From Macrostomum lignano (Eukaryota): 64,000 bases of DNA. The notes under the pieces are model-generated. The model made no database searches and was not told the origin of the DNA. It saw nothing but the letters and a program-made list of their open reading frames with translations. Position numbers and translations under genes: made by a program. This document shows positions 60,030 to 64,000 of this stretch, piece after piece (position 1 is the first letter of the stretch; each line of letters starts with the position of its first letter). The stretch spans positions 372,001 to 436,000 of the forward strand of contig NIVC01000013.1 of NCBI GenBank assembly GCA_002269645.1. The letters are read 5' to 3'.

Positions 60030-61700
60030 CAGATTGAAGAATCGAGAGGGTGTCAGCTCCCCATGATATGAAGAATCGAGAGGGTGTCAGCTCCCCATGA
60101 TATGAAGAATCGAGAGGGTGTCAGCTCTCCATGCGGTGAAGAATCGAGAGGGTGTCAGCTCTGCATGCGGTGACCTCAACAAAATGAAGAATCGAGAGGG
60201 TGTCAGCCCACAACAAGATGAAGAATCGAGAGGGTGTCAGCCCACAACAAGATGAAGAATCGAGAGGGTGTCAGCCCTCAACAAAATGAAGAATCGAGAG
60301 GGTGTCAGCCCACAACAAGATGAAGAATCGAGAGGGTGTCAGCCCTCAACAAAATGAAGAATCGAGAGGGTGTCAGCCCCACAACAAGATGAAGAATCGA
60401 GAGGGTGTCAGCCCTCAACAAAATGAAGAATCGAGAGGGTGTCAGCCCCACAACAAGATGAAGAATCGAGAGGGTGTCAGCCCACAACAAGATGAAGAAT
60501 CGAGAGGGTGTCAGCCCACAACAAGATGAAGAATCGAGAGGGTGTCAGCCCCACAACAAGATGAAGAATCGAGAGGGTGTCAGCCCTCAACAAAATGAAG
60601 AATCGAGAGGGTGTCAGCCCTCAACAAAATGAAGAATCGAGAGGGTGTCAGCCCCACAACAAGATGAAGAATCGAGAGGGTGTCAGCCCTCAACAAAATG
60701 AAGAATCGAGAGGGTGTCAGCCCCACAACAAGATGAAGAATCGAGAGGGTGTCAGCCCACAACAAGATGAAGAATCGAGAGGGTGTCAGCCCCACAACAA
60801 GATGAAGAATCGAGAGGGTGTCAGCCCCACAACAAGATGAAGAATCGAGAGGGTGTCAGCCCACAACAAGATGAAGAATCGAGAGGGTGTCAGACCTCAA
60901 CAAGATGAAGAATCGAGAGGGTGTCAGCTCCATGCGGTGAAGAATCGAGAGGGTGTCAGACCTCAACAAGATGAAGAATCGAGAGGATGTCAGACCTCAA
61001 CAAGATGAAGAATCGAGAGGGTGTCAGCTCCATGCGGTGAAGAATCGAGAGGGTGTCAGCCCTCAACAAGATGAAGAATCGAGAGGGTGTCAGACCTCAA
61101 CAAGATGAAGAATCGAGAGGGTGTCAGACCTCAACAAGATGAAGAATCGAGAGGGTGTCAGACCTCAACAAGATGAAGAATCGAGAGGGTGTCAGCTCCA
61201 TGCGGTGAAGAATCGAGAGGGTGTCAGACCACAACAAGATGAAGAATCGAGAGGGTGTCAGACCTCAACAAGATGAAGAATCGAGAGGGTGTCAGCTCCA
61301 TGAGATGAAGAATCGAGAGGGTGTCAGCCCACAACAAGATGAAGAATCGAGAGGGTGTCAGCCCACAACAAGATGAAGAATCGAGAGGGTGTCAGCCCAC
61401 AACAAGATGAAGAATCAAGAGGGTGTCAGCTCCATGAGATGAAGAATCGAGAGGGTGTCAGACCTCAACAAGATGAAGAATCGAGAGGGTGTCAGACCTC
61501 AACAAGATGAAGAATCGAGAGGATGTCAGACCTCAACAAGATGAAGAATCGAGAGGGTGTCAGACCTCAACAAGATGAAGAATCGAGAGGGTGTCAGCCC
61601 ACAACAAGATGAAGAATCGAGAGGATGTCAGACCTCAACAAGATGAAGAATCGAGAGGGTGTCAGCCCACAACAAGATGAAGAATCGAGAGGATGTCAGA
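60030..61700. repeat. 33-35-bp minisatellite (GATGAAGAATCGAGAGGGTGTCAGCCCACAACAA) filling the last LRRC49-like intron
   Basis: ~48 copies. Confidence 0.96.
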
Positions 61701-61703
61701 TAC

Positions 61704-62171
61704 CTACACGATGCAAAATCGACATCTCGAGGTCCCCATCGACCCGGCCGAACTCACCTGTCATCCCGACTCCCGCCAGCTCGGCAGCAACGCTCGCCCC
61801 CACAGAAGCGGCGCTGGCCGCAGACTTTCCTGTCGCACCGACGCCCCCACCGGCTGACTTCTTGGCTTCGTCCTGCTTCGCCAGCAGCGCCGCATTGCAA
61901 GCCTGCTTCTTGGACAGCAGCCCGAGGCGTTGAAACGCCCGTTCAGCGGATGCGATCTCGTCCGGGCCGAGCTCCTGGCCGTTGAGCCACTTCAACTGCA
62001 GCGGCTGGCGCAGTCGGTAGGTGGCGAATTGGCGCCAGAGGGCAAATCGGGTCACGGGGTTGTCCGGCCCGTCCGGCACGTTCAGGCGGTCCAGACGGCG
62101 CAAGGACACCAGCGAGGCCAGCTGGTGAAAGTGTCGAATGTCGGCCGCCTCGAGCGTCAGGGACTGCAGGG
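61704..62171 (-). CDS. LRRC49: LRRC49-like gene, penultimate coding exon (LQSLTLEAADIRHFHQLASL...NPVTRFALWRQFATYRL...AERAF)
   Basis: Acceptor cccccccactgcag, donor TAG|gtatct, 468 nt phase 1-1; LRR-cap NPV..F.LW..Y..YRL. Confidence 0.8.
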
Positions 62172-62261
62172 CTGCAGTGGGGGGGGAATAGGGAATTAAG
62201 ATGTTTTATAGGTTTGAGTGGGGTCCTAGCCACCAGCTAGGTTGAAAATTGGGTTTCAGAT

Positions 62262-62732
62262 GGGGATTTCCTCATGGAACTTAATGGGGATTTCCTCAGG
62301 AAACTGAATGGGGATTTCCTCATGGAACTTAATGGGGATTTCCTCAGGAAACTGAATGGGGATTTCCTCATGGAACTTAATGGGGATTTCCTCAGGAAAC
62401 TGAATGGGGATTTCTTCAGGGAACTGAATGGGGATTTCCTCAGGAAACTGAATGGGGATTTCCTCAGGGAACTGAATAGGGATTTCCTCAGGAAACTGAA
62501 TGGGGATTTCCTCAGGAAACTGAATGGGGATTTCCTCAGGGAACTGAATGGGGATTTCCTCAGGGAACTGAATAGGGATTTCCTCAGGAAACTGAATGGG
62601 GATTTCCTCAGGAAACTGAATGGGGATTTCCTCAGGGAACTGAATGGGGATTTCCTCAGGGAACTGAAAGGGGATTTCCTCAGGGAACTGAATGGGGATT
62701 TCCTCAGAGAACTGAATGGGGATTTCCTCAGG
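62262..62732. repeat. 24-bp minisatellite (GGGGATTTCCTCAGGAAACTGAAT), palindromic core TTTCCT-C-AGGAAA
   Basis: direct reading. Confidence 0.96.
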
Positions 62733-62755
62733 TATTCACAGCAGCAGTTGCGCAC

Positions 62756-63401
62756 CTGGGCAGCGAGCCCTGAGCCGGTGCAGGTGCTTAGCGGCCAGGT
62801 CCAGTTCCACGTAGCGCATGTTAGCGGCGGCCACCGCCGCAGGCGCGGCCAGACCCCAGGACTTCACGGCCGAGTGCTGCGGATCAATGAGCGCGTCCAG
62901 ACTGCCGTTGCCATAGAGATTGAGAGTGTCGCCGTCAAGCTCGGCGTAGTTGCTGGCGTCCGTGGGCACCGCGGTTCGCTCGCCGAGGATTGGACGAGCC
63001 TTGCCGATGTTGCTGCCTGAAGCTGCTTGAGCCTGCTGCTGCTGCTGCTGCTGCTGCTTCTGAGTGGTGACATCATCAGCTTGGTCGACATTGGCGGCCG
63101 ACGAAGAGGCTCCCGTTTGACGTCCAGTCGATGCGGCGCTCGAAGGTCTCGACGAAGCGGCCGACGCGCTTAATAACTGAGTGGACTGTGACTGGGACAG
63201 CGACTGCTGCTGGGCTCGGGAGGACCGGCCGCCGGCTGAAGGTATTCGACGAGCGCTGCCGACTCGCGATTGACGACCGGAGTTGCCGCCGGTGCTGGAC
63301 GCGGCGGCCTCTTTGCGAACGAGGGCGGCCACCAGACGGCGCTCTTCTTCGGAGACGCGGCGAAGGTCCAGCTGGCGAAGTAGCGGCATTCCGCTGATAA
63401 C
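62756..63401 (-). CDS. LRRC49: LRRC49-like gene, internal exon (VISGMPLLRQLDLRRVSEEERR...AELDGDTLNLYGNGSLDAL...RARCP)
   Basis: Acceptor (c)n-taccacag, donor CCAG|gtgcgc, 646 nt phase 0-1. Motifs match LRRC49 as I recall it (QLD..R..EEERR; EVDGDTLSLYGSGAL). Upstream exons lie beyond the window. Confidence 0.8.
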
Positions 63402-63439
63402 CTGTGGTAGGGGGGGGGGGCAGATGTAGTCAGGCAAAA

Positions 63440-63935
63440 TTTATGGCCCGCTAGCCCCCAACACCCCACATCCCAGCTATTCTATGGCCCGCTAGCCCCC
63501 AACACCCCACATCCCAGCGATATTCTATGGCCCGCTAGCCCCCAACACCCCACATCCCAGCGATATTCTATGGCCCGCTAGCCCCCAACACCCCACATCC
63601 CAGGGATATTCTATGGCCCGCTAGCCCCCAACACCCCACATCCCAGCGATATTCTATATGGCCCGCTAGCCCCCAAACACCCCACAGCCCAGCGATATTC
63701 TATGGCCCACTAGCCCCAAACACCCCACATCCCAGCGATATTCTATATGGCCCGCTAGCCCCCAACACCCCACAGCCCAGCGATATTCTATATGGCCCGC
63801 TAGCCCCCAACACCCCACATCCCAGCGATATTCTATATGGCCCGCTAGCCCCCAACACCCCACAGCCCAGCGATATTCTATGGCCCACTAGCCCCCAACA
63901 CCCCACACCCCCACGATATTTATGACCCGCTAGAC
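63440..63935. repeat. 43-45-bp minisatellite (GGCCCGCTAGCCCCCAACACCCCACATCCCAGCGATATTCTAT)
   Basis: direct reading. Confidence 0.95.
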
Positions 63936-64000
63936 CCCAATTCGCCATTACCCATGATATCATATAACTAATAGATATCAAGCAAAGACTCGACTCGCTC

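Overview
This is animal (eukaryotic) genomic DNA. By my estimate about 40-45% of it is tandem repeat: some 40 distinct micro- and minisatellite arrays that fill introns and intergenic space. The style resembles repeat-rich flatworm genomes such as Macrostomum, which is inference only. Three main elements were reconstructed by hand. (1) A complete 11-exon minus-strand anosmin-1/KAL-1-like gene (39969->5009, 839 aa: signal peptide, Cys box, WAP, 4 FN3, GPI-like hydrophobic tail). (2) A full-length plus-strand LOA-like non-LTR retrotransposon (49425-55238; ORF1 plus APE-RT-RNaseH-CCHC ORF2, three point lesions). It sits inside a G-rich 17-mer minisatellite and is flanked by an exceptionally long ~300-bp direct duplication with one mismatch. 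(3) The last three coding exons of a minus-strand LRRC49-like gene (63401->59722). Most long ORFs in the supplied track are artefacts of repeats. No rRNA, tRNA or CRISPR array is supported.
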